IMG/VR virus record: IMGVR_UViG_3300037461_000986
Location: 1-64,000 of that record
DNA: 64,000 bases
Reading direction: 5' to 3' (one strand)
Origin: a virus
Within the stretch, counting starts at the first letter, position 1. The number at the start of each line of letters is the position of its first letter. Under the pieces are notes generated by a model. That model worked only from the letters and a program-made list of their open reading frames with translations, was not told the origin of the DNA and did no database searches. The translations under genes and the position numbers were made by a program. Below are positions 27,501 through 36,030 of the stretch, one piece after another.

Positions 27501-30500
27501 CGGATCGGATTGGCGGTCGCGCCCAGCGTGAAGGTCGTGGTCGTGATGTGGGTCGGCAGGCAGTTGAGGCCCGCCGCTGTCGAGCGCGCGTACACGCCGT
27601 GAAACAGTTTGGTGCCGTCGTCGTTGGTGATGGTGCCCGCGCCGATGGCGCCGTTCGCGGCGACCACGGAGTCGAACTCGGTGACGATCAGGTCCCCGGT
27701 GGCGATGTCCGCGAGGTAGTTATTGGCAAAGCCCGTCACGTCGATGACGTTGTGGGTGCTCTTGATGTACGCGCCCCCGGCCAGCGACGCGCAGATGAAC
27801 GCCGTGCCCGTGCCGCTTGCCCCGCCGACGGTCTTGCGGACTCGGATGCGCGTGTCCGCAATGTACTTGTCGATGGCCACGGAGCTGTGCTTCATGGCCG
27901 CCGCCACGCCGCTGTAGACCGCCGCCGTCACGTTCACGTCGATGATGCTGTTTTGCCAGATGACCGTCTCGGTACCGGCGGAGTCGGACTTGAAGGCGAT
28001 GGCGTTGTCGTTGGCGTCCTCAATACTCAAGGTCGCATTGACACCGCGCACGTAGATGATCGTGCCGCCCTCGCTGTGAACGAGCACATTGTCGTTGCCC
28101 GCGCCCGTCGCCGTGCCGGCCTGCACTAGGGTGCACGCACCGGTATTGATCTGAAGCGTGCCCGTGCCGCTCGTGTGAATCAGGCATCCGTAGGCGTCCG
28201 TCGAGAACTGTTCGATCACGCAATCAAAGAGCAGGTGCGTGCCCGCCGTCACCTCGATGCAGTGATCGCCATTAACCGCCGACGTGCGCTGCACGGTCAG
28301 GTTGCGCAGGTCCGCCCGGTTCGCGTTGCTCATCGTCACGACGGTGCCGGACGACGACTTGAGCACCACCGAGCGGGGTGGCCCCACGCCGATGATATCG
28401 ACGTAGTCCTTGAGGCTCAGGTTGACCGCGTACTCGCCCGGGAAGATCTGGAGGCAGTACCGCTTGCTGGCCGTCGCGTCCACGATGGCCGCGAGCGCGG
28501 TCGCCGGGTCGGTGTAGTCGCCGCCCGACTTTGCCACCGTCACATACTGCGCATAGTCCGGAATGCCCGTTTCCACCTTGGTGAAGTGCGCCGCCGACAT
28601 GAAGCCGGCCGCGCCCGCCGAGGCCACCGCGTGGTGCGTGTCCGTGGACTGCGCGCCGTGGTCGTGCACATGGTTGCTCTTGGCGAACGAAGCGGCGTCG
28701 CCCTCGACGTTGGCCGCGCCAATCGCAACCGGCGCGGCGGTCGCCAGGAAGTCTAACCCGCCAGGCAGGTGCCGCGCGGCGTGCGCGCTCACGGTCACGC
28801 CGTCCACGGTGCCCACGTTCGTGATGTTGTGCGTCCCCATCTGGAGGTCGCCGCTCATCGCGCGCGTGCCCGCCGCGAGCAGGTAGTGCGGATGGTCGTC
28901 GGCGGTCAGGCCACCGAGCAGGCCGTGCACGGTCGTGCCCGCGCCACCGCCACCGCCGCCGCCCGTCGCTGGCTGGGGTCGGATGTCGATGAACGACTCG
29001 ATGCCGACGCCCTGCTTTACGATGACCTGGTAGAGCTCAAACTTGCTGGCCTCCAGGAACGTGGGAATGTTCGCCGTGAGCGCGGCCTCGGCCTCCGGCT
29101 GGGTCTCGAACTCGGCCGTGCCGTAGATGAGGCTGAGCCGCCCGTCGCTGGTGAGCACCAGGGTGTCCGCGCGGAACCAGTCAGCCGTCATCGCCGTGAG
29201 CACGCCCGCGAGGTCGTACTCGGTGATGTTGACCTGCGTCACGCTCGGCACCTCGGTCGCGCCGCCCGCGCCGTAGAAGTAGCTCCACGTCGCGTCCGTC
29301 ACGCCGGTATAGTCCACGCGGTCCTTGGCGATGTAGTAGGCGCCCGAGTCGGTCGTGATGTTGCGCACGCCCGTGCCCGTCGCGCACGTTAGCCCCGAGA
29401 TGAGCGCGCGCGGGCGCGTGGCCAGTAGGTAGTCCCGGTCCTGCTCCGCGGGCGCGAGCATGGGGGTGCGCGTCTGGTGCGAGAAGCGAATCCCGACGCC
29501 GTCCGTGATGATGGTGCGCAGCAGGATCGAATCCCCGTAGGCCACCGGGGTGAGCGTCTTCTTGACGAGCCCGGTCGCGCCCTCCACGTAGACGTAGTTC
29601 GTGTTGCTGGCCGTGAGCGCCAGGGGCGTGGTGAGGTCCCACGTTACCCACTTGGCGTCGTGGTCCGGGTGACCCCGGCGGACCCAGCCCTTGCCCGCCG
29701 CGATCGCCACGTCGAGCCCGCCGAGCGCCGTGACCTCGCCGCCCTCGATCACGCCGGTGCTGATGAACTGGTGAAAGAACTCGCCGAGGTCGGCCTGGCG
29801 CCCCGAGGCGAGGTACTGGTAATTGACCTCGCCGATGAACGCCTGCGACTCCGCGTCCCGGCTCTGCACGCTGCCGATGACCTTCGCGCCCGCCACGATG
29901 CTCTGCGTCAGCGTGTCCACGGTCACGTTGATGAACGCGCGGCCGGTGGCCGATTCGATCTTCACGTCCAGCGTGTTGCCCTGGAGGTTCGAGCCGTGCA
30001 CGAGCAGCTCGGAGCCCGCGCCCACCGAGCCGATGTGCAGCGCCGTTTCGCAGCCGGCCAGCTCCACCGCGGACAGGTAGCAGAAGCCGCCGTCGTCCAC
30101 GAAGATCACGTCGGCGGTGTTGTCCTTGGCGGCCACGCGGAACGAGCCCGTGGCGATGAACCCCTGCGCCCCGGCCGTGACCTTCATCACGCGCTGGATC
30201 GGATTGTTTGCGTAGTAGCCCAGCAGGAGCGGCGAGACGTTGGCGAAGAACCCCTGCATGGCGAGGAACGACGGCGTGCCCGTAAACGCGCCGACGCCCG
30301 TCACCGTAAGCCCCGTGCCGATGTTGTTCGCCGGGCCGCCGATGATCATGGCGAGGTTCGTCCCAACCGCCTGGTACCCGTTCGCAATGAGGATGCCGTT
30401 CGAGCAGCTGTGGATCGCGAGGTCCATGAGCGACGAGAAGCCGCCCTCCGTCTCGCACCGCACCAGATATTTATTCGCCCCGCTCACGCCGATGAGGTGC

Positions 30501-33500
30501 GGCCCAAACAGGTGCCCGCCGCCGTCCATCACGATGAGGTCATCGGCCGGATCGATCGCCACGATGAACACGGAATCCATGCGGACCTGCGCACAGACCA
30601 AGTAGAGCCCAGGAACCAGCGTGAACTTGGGCTCAGGGTAGACGCCGGGATACACTTGCACGACCCAGGGATTCGCGGGCGTCACGCCGCTCGCCTTCGC
30701 CTCGGCGCAGGCCGCCGCGATAGAGCCCACGCCCAGAGCGTAGTCGCACTGGCTGCCGACCTGGCCCACCGTGCGGAAGTTCGCGATGCTCGGGATATGC
30801 CAGTGGTTGGTCGCCCGGACGTTCGTCGTCAGCTGCGTGTTGTCCGCCGCGGTCAGGTGCTTGTAGTCGCCCGCGTTCAAGCCGTCGAGCGCGTTGTGCG
30901 TCAGCAGCGAGCCCGTGCGCGGCGTGATGTTGCGCCCCAGCCAGGTGACGTAGTTCAGCCCGCCCGGCTCCTTGCGCACGCGCCCCTTGACCGCGTTCGC
31001 GTAGAGGTCGTTCGTTTGAAAGATGACCGTGCCCAGCGCGGACCACTCCTGCGCCGGCAGCGCCCCCGGGATGAGCGCGTTCATCTCGGTCGCGGCGCCG
31101 TTCCGCGCGTCCTCCAGCGTGGCGTAGGCCGCCTGCCCCTGCACCGCAAAGAACTTGTAGGCCGCGTCGTTCGTCGCAAAGACGTGCGCCAGCACGAAGC
31201 CGCCGTCGGGCACCTCGGTCTGCTGCCACGCGCCCCCGGTCAGCTCGTTCCACGCGAGCCGCCCCGTGCCGGTGGTCAGCACGGCGTAGCCCGCGTTGAG
31301 CGCCCGGCGCCAGACCCCGGTGAGGCCGTCCCGGTAGTAGATGGGCAGGCCCGTCGTCGCCGCGACCGGGGCGGCAAAGTGCGTGAGGTCCTCATCCACC
31401 ACCATCGACGACTCGAGGCCGAACTGCGCGTGCGCGGCCGACGCGCCGGACTCGTCGGCCTGGAACGTCACGAGGTTCCCGCCCAGCGTCAGGTACATCC
31501 CGAACCGCCAGTGCATGGTCTCGTGGGTCATCGAGTCCATGGTGATGCCGTGCCGCTCGTTGGCGAAGTAGATCTGCTGCTTGTTAGTCGCGTCCCAGTA
31601 CACCCACGCGCAGAGCGCATACTCGCGGAACAGCTGGCCGTAGACCACCGTGCTCGGGTTCGTCGCCACCGCGAGCGCGCCGGTCGCGTCGAAGTAAATG
31701 CCGTGAATGCCCTCGGTGTCCGGGATGTCCACGGTCAGCGCGGTCGTCTTCGTGAACGTCTGGCCCTTCACCCAAAAGTGGTAGCTCGAGAACGGCGGCG
31801 AGTTCGGCCGGATCGTAAAGCGGCGGTTGGCGTTGTCGAAGCTAATCACCGAGTACAGGAACTGGTCCGCAAACGGAAAGCCGGTCGGCTCCAGGGTGTC
31901 GGTCTCGCGCAGCCGGCTGTGCGCCTGCATCTCGTCGATGGCGGTCTGGAACCGCGTGGCGAGCAGGCCCGAGACGGCGTTGCTGTACTCCTCGATGTTC
32001 GCGGGCTCATAGGTAGCGTCATAATCGTACTCCACGACCGACGACGCTGTGGCCGCGTTCGCGATGGCGCGCGTGCCGATCTCGGAGAACAGCGCGGTGT
32101 TGCCGTCCGCGAGCCAGAGCTGCGTCGTGCAGGCATCGATGACCCAGTTATTCCACGATTCAAAGATCTGGTAGGTGCCCTGCTGGATCGCCAGGCAGGT
32201 GCCGCAATCCTTGAAGCGCGCGGCGGTGCCACCTCCGTAGATGCCCGTTGACAGCACGCTGCCCTCCTGCACGAAAACGCCGTACAGGCAGTCCCGGAAG
32301 AGCACGTCGTGGATGCTCATGAAACGGCCTGAACCTTCGAGGCCATACCACATGCCCACGATATGCGAACGCGCGATCCCGGTCGTGGCCCCACGATTTG
32401 AATAGATGCCGTTGCCCATATAGATGCCACCGTCATCCGCGAACAGACAGCATCCGGAAATAGCTGTATTACCCGAGCCAACAAATCCGAGGTCTCGGAG
32501 ATCGACGTAGCATCGGTCCAGATACATGGTGGCTTTTTCGGTCGCGTTGAGCAGCGAGACTAAGCCCTCGAACGAAACGTTCTGGCAGGTGACGCGCTCG
32601 CCGAGGTAACGATCCATCAGCCATATCTGCGGCGATGCCTTGTTCTCTCGCTCTATGCGGAAGTTCTGGATCAGGACGTTGGCAATCGAGCTATCCTGCA
32701 CCTCGATGTAGTCGTCGACGTAAGCAATCGGCACGCCCGGAGCGGCCACAGTTGCCGGGCGAATGATGGTCATGTCCACGATGTCGAAGCGCGTGGCGCC
32801 CGACATATCTGGCAGGTCCGTAGACCAGAGCCGCGTCGCGGTGTTGCTCAGGATCGGGTAGTAGCTCGCGTTGCCCGCGACCTTGATGTAGCGCCCCTGA
32901 TATTCGTTCGGCGTCCACGTCGCGCCGCTCACGTCCACGTAGGCGTGATAGTCCCACGCGGTGCTCGTATTCTGGTACGCGGTCGGCGTGAGCGTCGCCA
33001 CGACCGTCGTGGGCGCGCCGATGATCTCGATGGTGCCCGCCCCGGTAAAGCGCTTGATCTGGAGGTGGCCCACGTTGTCCGCCGAGAGCACCGTCCCGCG
33101 CGCGTACACGCGCACGGTCACGAGCGGGAGCACCTCGCCGTAGTGCGTGCGCAAGAACGCGAAGGTCTTCTTCGCCGTGCCCCACGAGAGCCCATCCGCC
33201 GCGTCGCTGCCGACGTCGCCGTCCACGTAGAAGGTCTCGTCCGCCTTGATGGTGAGCGCGGCCAGCTCGTCGATGGCGGTCTGATAGCGCACCGCCGTGA
33301 GCTTCGACGCGTCGTTGCTGTACTCGTCCTGGAGGATCGGCAGGTAGTCCGCGTCGGAGTAGCACAGGCGCAGCTGAACCCGACTCTGAAGGCGCGCGGC
33401 GGAGAAGTCCGCGAACGAGCCCACGTCGTTGTCCGAGAACACGAACTCGTGGTCCACGGCCCAGCCGCGGATCTCAAACTCGGCCTGGCGCACGAGGTCG

Positions 33501-34798
33501 CCCATGCCGACGAACGCCTGCCGCACCGTGTCGAACCGCAACTGCAAGGGCGGCGCGATGGGGGTCGCGAAGACCACCTTCCCGCCCTCGACGAGCACGC
33601 CCACGTCGCAGTCTTGAATATAAATCGAGCGATTGAACACGATGACGCCCGAGCTGATAACGTCCATCGCGAACAGCTGATTGCCGATCCAGGACTCCAT
33701 CAGCGTGAAGCTGCCGCCCTCCATGACATAGACGCCGTACCCGGTCCCGTCGGTCGAATCGAAGGCCGTGTTGCCCGCGAGCACCTCGCACCCATAGACC
33801 AGCATGAGGCCGTAACTCGTATGATTGATGTAGCACTGCGAGAGGTCGCCCAAGGACAGGTTGGTGATGGCCGGCGGCGGGCTCGCGACGTAGGTATTAT
33901 AAACCTTGAACGAATCCTCGTAGCGCGGACCCCAGCCGCCGTCCTCGTCGATCCACATGCCCTGGATGGTCACGGGGAGGTTGCAGTGATGGACGTAGAC
34001 AAAGTTGTCCCAGTCGAAGGCGTACTTCACGCCCGGGTCCGCGTCGAGTTCCCGCAGCAGCTCCGGCGCGCTGTAGATGGTCGCCGCGTAGGCCCCGGCC
34101 TGGTCATCGCCGAAGCCCATCCACAGGGTCGTCGCGTTGTTCTCGCGGATCGGGTAGTACCACGTGTGCCCCAGGTTCACGAAGTGCCGCCGCCACTGGT
34201 TCGGCGTCCACGCCTTGGTCGGATCGGCCACCCACTGTAGCGAGCCGCGCACCTCCGGGTCGTTGCTGTAGGCGGTTGCGGTGAACGTCTCGACGGGCGT
34301 GAGCGCGCCTCGGATCGTGATGGACCCGCCGCCGTAGAACCCGTCCAGGATGAGCAGGCCCTTCGCGCTGCGCGCGCGCACGGGGTTGCGCCAATCGATG
34401 GTCACGGCCGCGTTGAGCTGGCGCGGCAGGCTGTCCGGCTCGTCGGCCATGAGAAAGCCGAAGGTCTTCTTCGCGGTGCCCCAGCTCAGGCCGTCGTTGG
34501 CGTCGTCGCCCGCGGTGCCGTCCACGTACATGGCGAGCGGCTCCTCGACGGCCTCGCTCCCCACGCGCTGCCACGCGCCGTCCGCGAAGACGAACATGCG
34601 CTGCACCGTCGTATCGAACACGAGCAGGCCCTCGGTCGGCGTGGCGATGGCCTCGCGCTGGGCGGTGCTCATGCGCGGCGGCAGGAGGCCCTTGGTCGTG
34701 CTGTTGATCGCCAGCATCGCGTCGGCCGGATGCGCGCCGCGCCCGACTAAGAACTCCCGATAAACGCCCGTCAGATTCCCACGCTTCACGTCGCCCAT
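24575..34798 (-). CDS. giant (3407 aa) multi-module tail fibre / tailspike protein with several right-handed beta-helix (pectate-lyase-fold-like) domains
   Basis: A single uninterrupted 10.2-kb ORF. Motifs seen: two copies of YVDG.(A/V)G(D/S)DA.DGLSWGTAKKTF; GGDYTDPATALAAI..IFPGEY; FNVKDYGAVGDGIADDTTAIRDTL (Pectate_lyase_3-type start); HxH fibre motifs; and a Gly7 hinge. Confidence 0.85.
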   Translation of the reverse strand: MGDVKRGNLTGVYREFLVGRGAHPADAMLAINSTTKGLLPPRMSTAQREAIATPTEGLLVFDTTVQRMFVFADGAWQRVGSEAVEEPLAMYVDGTAGDDANDGLSWGTAKKTFGFLMADEPDSLPRQLNAAVTIDWRNPVRARSAKGLLILDGFYGGGSITIRGALTPVETFTATAYSNDPEVRGSLQWVADPTKAWTPNQWRRHFVNLGHTWYYPIRENNATTLWMGFGDDQAGAYAATIYSAPELLRELDADPGVKYAFDWDNFVYVHHCNLPVTIQGMWIDEDGGWGPRYEDSFKVYNTYVASPPPAITNLSLGDLSQCYINHTSYGLMLVYGCEVLAGNTAFDSTDGTGYGVYVMEGGSFTLMESWIGNQLFAMDVISSGVIVFNRSIYIQDCDVGVLVEGGKVVFATPIAPPLQLRFDTVRQAFVGMGDLVRQAEFEIRGWAVDHEFVFSDNDVGSFADFSAARLQSRVQLRLCYSDADYLPILQDEYSNDASKLTAVRYQTAIDELAALTIKADETFYVDGDVGSDAADGLSWGTAKKTFAFLRTHYGEVLPLVTVRVYARGTVLSADNVGHLQIKRFTGAGTIEIIGAPTTVVATLTPTAYQNTSTAWDYHAYVDVSGATWTPNEYQGRYIKVAGNASYYPILSNTATRLWSTDLPDMSGATRFDIVDMTIIRPATVAAPGVPIAYVDDYIEVQDSSIANVLIQNFRIERENKASPQIWLMDRYLGERVTCQNVSFEGLVSLLNATEKATMYLDRCYVDLRDLGFVGSGNTAISGCCLFADDGGIYMGNGIYSNRGATTGIARSHIVGMWYGLEGSGRFMSIHDVLFRDCLYGVFVQEGSVLSTGIYGGGTAARFKDCGTCLAIQQGTYQIFESWNNWVIDACTTQLWLADGNTALFSEIGTRAIANAATASSVVEYDYDATYEPANIEEYSNAVSGLLATRFQTAIDEMQAHSRLRETDTLEPTGFPFADQFLYSVISFDNANRRFTIRPNSPPFSSYHFWVKGQTFTKTTALTVDIPDTEGIHGIYFDATGALAVATNPSTVVYGQLFREYALCAWVYWDATNKQQIYFANERHGITMDSMTHETMHWRFGMYLTLGGNLVTFQADESGASAAHAQFGLESSMVVDEDLTHFAAPVAATTGLPIYYRDGLTGVWRRALNAGYAVLTTGTGRLAWNELTGGAWQQTEVPDGGFVLAHVFATNDAAYKFFAVQGQAAYATLEDARNGAATEMNALIPGALPAQEWSALGTVIFQTNDLYANAVKGRVRKEPGGLNYVTWLGRNITPRTGSLLTHNALDGLNAGDYKHLTAADNTQLTTNVRATNHWHIPSIANFRTVGQVGSQCDYALGVGSIAAACAEAKASGVTPANPWVVQVYPGVYPEPKFTLVPGLYLVCAQVRMDSVFIVAIDPADDLIVMDGGGHLFGPHLIGVSGANKYLVRCETEGGFSSLMDLAIHSCSNGILIANGYQAVGTNLAMIIGGPANNIGTGLTVTGVGAFTGTPSFLAMQGFFANVSPLLLGYYANNPIQRVMKVTAGAQGFIATGSFRVAAKDNTADVIFVDDGGFCYLSAVELAGCETALHIGSVGAGSELLVHGSNLQGNTLDVKIESATGRAFINVTVDTLTQSIVAGAKVIGSVQSRDAESQAFIGEVNYQYLASGRQADLGEFFHQFISTGVIEGGEVTALGGLDVAIAAGKGWVRRGHPDHDAKWVTWDLTTPLALTASNTNYVYVEGATGLVKKTLTPVAYGDSILLRTIITDGVGIRFSHQTRTPMLAPAEQDRDYLLATRPRALISGLTCATGTGVRNITTDSGAYYIAKDRVDYTGVTDATWSYFYGAGGATEVPSVTQVNITEYDLAGVLTAMTADWFRADTLVLTSDGRLSLIYGTAEFETQPEAEAALTANIPTFLEASKFELYQVIVKQGVGIESFIDIRPQPATGGGGGGGAGTTVHGLLGGLTADDHPHYLLAAGTRAMSGDLQMGTHNITNVGTVDGVTVSAHAARHLPGGLDFLATAAPVAIGAANVEGDAASFAKSNHVHDHGAQSTDTHHAVASAGAAGFMSAAHFTKVETGIPDYAQYVTVAKSGGDYTDPATALAAIVDATASKRYCLQIFPGEYAVNLSLKDYVDIIGVGPPRSVVLKSSSGTVVTMSNANRADLRNLTVQRTSAVNGDHCIEVTAGTHLLFDCVIEQFSTDAYGCLIHTSGTGTLQINTGACTLVQAGTATGAGNDNVLVHSEGGTIIYVRGVNATLSIEDANDNAIAFKSDSAGTETVIWQNSIIDVNVTAAVYSGVAAAMKHSSVAIDKYIADTRIRVRKTVGGASGTGTAFICASLAGGAYIKSTHNVIDVTGFANNYLADIATGDLIVTEFDSVVAANGAIGAGTITNDDGTKLFHGVYARSTAAGLNCLPTHITTTTFTLGATANPIRYFYKGVSCTVAADKTATLDDGVGGSTAGYYWVYFNRATGTLLATKTFPGFTSTSNVVIAGISWNGSNYGLVSDERHSYLRDTQWHAWAHDTVGTRYRSGFDFAPTGTGLGATFTMSGGELWDEDIAFSALASASWPAPHALRTLYQTDANTYAFDTTPSTIPFRAGAAGRPTYVNLTGYVLTQASSAANRYFNFFVYGATDLHTPVYCVAETVSPAVAADNGYRSLVLARAAAFPSLANKNLSGELKPLYRLIVRADGVVQAIAGEDDYRLVSSLPMAGGITSTTASAVTFTPAGDISSANVQLALEELDAEKAALAAIPDYETSTANILMDGAVSVGTTSLVPRSDHRHPTDTSRLAAARGNWKLFHSNGSGVFSEIALGAAGTVLKGGGVAAAPSFGAVGGVFPVFNVKDYGAVGDGIADDTTAIRDTLTAAAAAGDRGATIFFPGGIYKTTGTITVNDVALTFRGPGAGAALINPTSTNLPVFQLTAGNEFITFRDLEIGTITAQVAGSSFIDTNGAHNVLIDRVNMFGWYYGIYIRGGSGKVTVSNVQLKDGVATNGVGVYVDNSTALDVNLGPWIMVTNGAGAKPLAGIMVKAAGAFSIQNVTVNNVTHGLYLYPSSGANVQYGFISDSMFDLAGTNGAYLYTPNQASPGQLRSIKFVGCWFGRANAAGVGHGVTLEGASNGVLDDVSFASCRFLDNGRHGINYLFGTNIRVNGSTVAGNSASASNTYDGIAIAAAVSDFELVGNRIGLAGTAANTQRYAINIAAGASNRYQIIQNDVGNNNTAPFINDGGTGVFKRIAYNNNAMPISAMPALTTAMQALAVSANVLTGSLLSLPVNSLLVGTRFVWEIVLIKTAAGTATWAVQVKFGTTGGTGDTAIASWTSGTNTAAIDQARLRIVCDILTLGAAATARCNAFYVNTLTSATGLGRIAGAPTATATFNSAASPAFIHVGVTPGASAVMTSMCDMQII

Positions 34799-34827
34799 TG
34801 CTTGCTCCTACCCGGCGCCGGTCGCGC

Positions 34828-35640
34828 CTAAAGCTGCACCCACAACACCGTCAGGTTCGCCGCGCCGGTCGCCGCGCCGGGCGCCGCCAGCGTGGCCGTC
34901 ACCTGGGTCGAGAGCGCGTACAGGTGCGAGGCGTCCGCGACCTGCACGGCCACCTCGGTCAGATCGTTTTCGTCGAGCGCCATGAACCGGTCCGGGGCGC
35001 CCGCGTCGCCCACGGTGAGCGTCGGCCCGGCCCCGTCGAACGCCTCGCTCACGTTGAGCTTGACCTCCAGCACGCGCGCGCTCGCGGGCAGCGCGGTGCC
35101 GATGCCGAACGGGCTCCCGGTCGCGTAGGTGAAGTCCACCGACCGCTTTTGCACCACGCCGCCCAGCGTGAGCGTCGCCGGGCCGAGGTCCACCCAGTCC
35201 GCGCCGTCCGCGTCCCACACGTACATATGGTCCGCGAGGAACTCGACGACGCCCCCGGCCAGCGCGTCGGTCACGCGCATGGTCAGGCCCTCGATCTCGG
35301 GGATTTCATCCCACGCCGCGCCGGTATCGTAATACAATCGCCGCACGGTGAAGGCCCCGCCGGTCGTTGTGCAGACGAAGACTCTCCCCACGGTTCCGGC
35401 GGCCGGTGGGGCCGCACCGTCTATCTGCCCCAGCACCACCACGTCCGCGCGCGTCCGCAGGTACTTGAGCGTCACCACGTCGTCCTCGTCGGACGGCGCG
35501 GCGGCCTGGAGGCGCGTGTAGGCCGTGCCCGCCGCGTCGCGCACCTGCACGACCCCGCCCGCGTCGATGAGGCGCGGCCCGCCCTCGCCGAGCTGGAGGT
35601 CGCCGCTGACGCCCGTCAAGGTCCAATGTCGTGAGCCCAT
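34828..35640 (-). CDS. hypothetical fibre-associated protein
   Basis: 270 aa. It contains DDVVTLKYL and GRVFVCTTTGGAFTVRRLYYDTGAAWDEI, which are fibre-type motifs. It is directly upstream of the giant gene. Confidence 0.6.
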   Translation of the reverse strand: MGSRHWTLTGVSGDLQLGEGGPRLIDAGGVVQVRDAAGTAYTRLQAAAPSDEDDVVTLKYLRTRADVVVLGQIDGAAPPAAGTVGRVFVCTTTGGAFTVRRLYYDTGAAWDEIPEIEGLTMRVTDALAGGVVEFLADHMYVWDADGADWVDLGPATLTLGGVVQKRSVDFTYATGSPFGIGTALPASARVLEVKLNVSEAFDGAGPTLTVGDAGAPDRFMALDENDLTEVAVQVADASHLYALSTQVTATLAAPGAATGAANLTVLWVQL

Positions 35641-35649
35641 GCGGCCCTC

Positions 35650-36027
35650 CTATGCGGGCGCGCGGGTCACGCGATAACGGAACCGCGTGGCGTCGCCGAC
35701 CGATGACTTGGCTAACACTAACTGAGCTTGTCCGGCGGCGATAGCGGCCGACCAGGTCAGTCCGGCGATCTCCGGGTCCTGGTAGCTGAAGGCGTGGTCG
35801 TCGATGGCGGCCACGCCGCCGTGGTGCGTGATGGTAATCAGCCCGGTCTGCGCGCGCCCGCTGGCGGGCAGCGTGAGCACGTACTCCACCACGAAGCCCA
35901 CGTAGCTCGCGACCGCGCCGAGGGCGATGGTGTCCGTGGCGTCGTCGAGCCCGTCGAGCGTGGTCCAGGCCAGCGCGACGTAGCGCGCGTCCGCGGCGGC
36001 CGGGGTCAGGACGTTGCGCAGTTCCAT
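35650..36027 (-). CDS. hypothetical protein
   Basis: 125 aa with coherent composition, packed between neighbouring genes. Confidence 0.55.
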   Translation of the reverse strand: MELRNVLTPAAADARYVALAWTTLDGLDDATDTIALGAVASYVGFVVEYVLTLPASGRAQTGLITITHHGGVAAIDDHAFSYQDPEIAGLTWSAAIAAGQAQLVLAKSSVGDATRFRYRVTRAPA

Positions 36028-36030
36028 GGC

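Noticed and set aside
28943-28963. The Gly7-coding tract and the G7 run at 46184-46190 as slippage-prone phase-variation sites.
   Set aside because: The Gly7 tract is encoded by mixed GGC/GGT codons, not a homopolymer. The G7 run lies in the loop of the terminator hairpin, outside coding sequence.
29477-32251. Very long plus-strand ORFs in the track, e.g. 29477..32251 (924 aa), 46726..48618, 13804..15402, 32945..34240, 1060..2175 and 7982..9109.
   Set aside because: Their translations are Arg/His/Gly/Asp/Val-rich low-complexity strings with no motifs. Each lies antisense to a coherent minus-strand gene with recognisable domains. This is the usual artefact of stop-codon-poor high-GC DNA.
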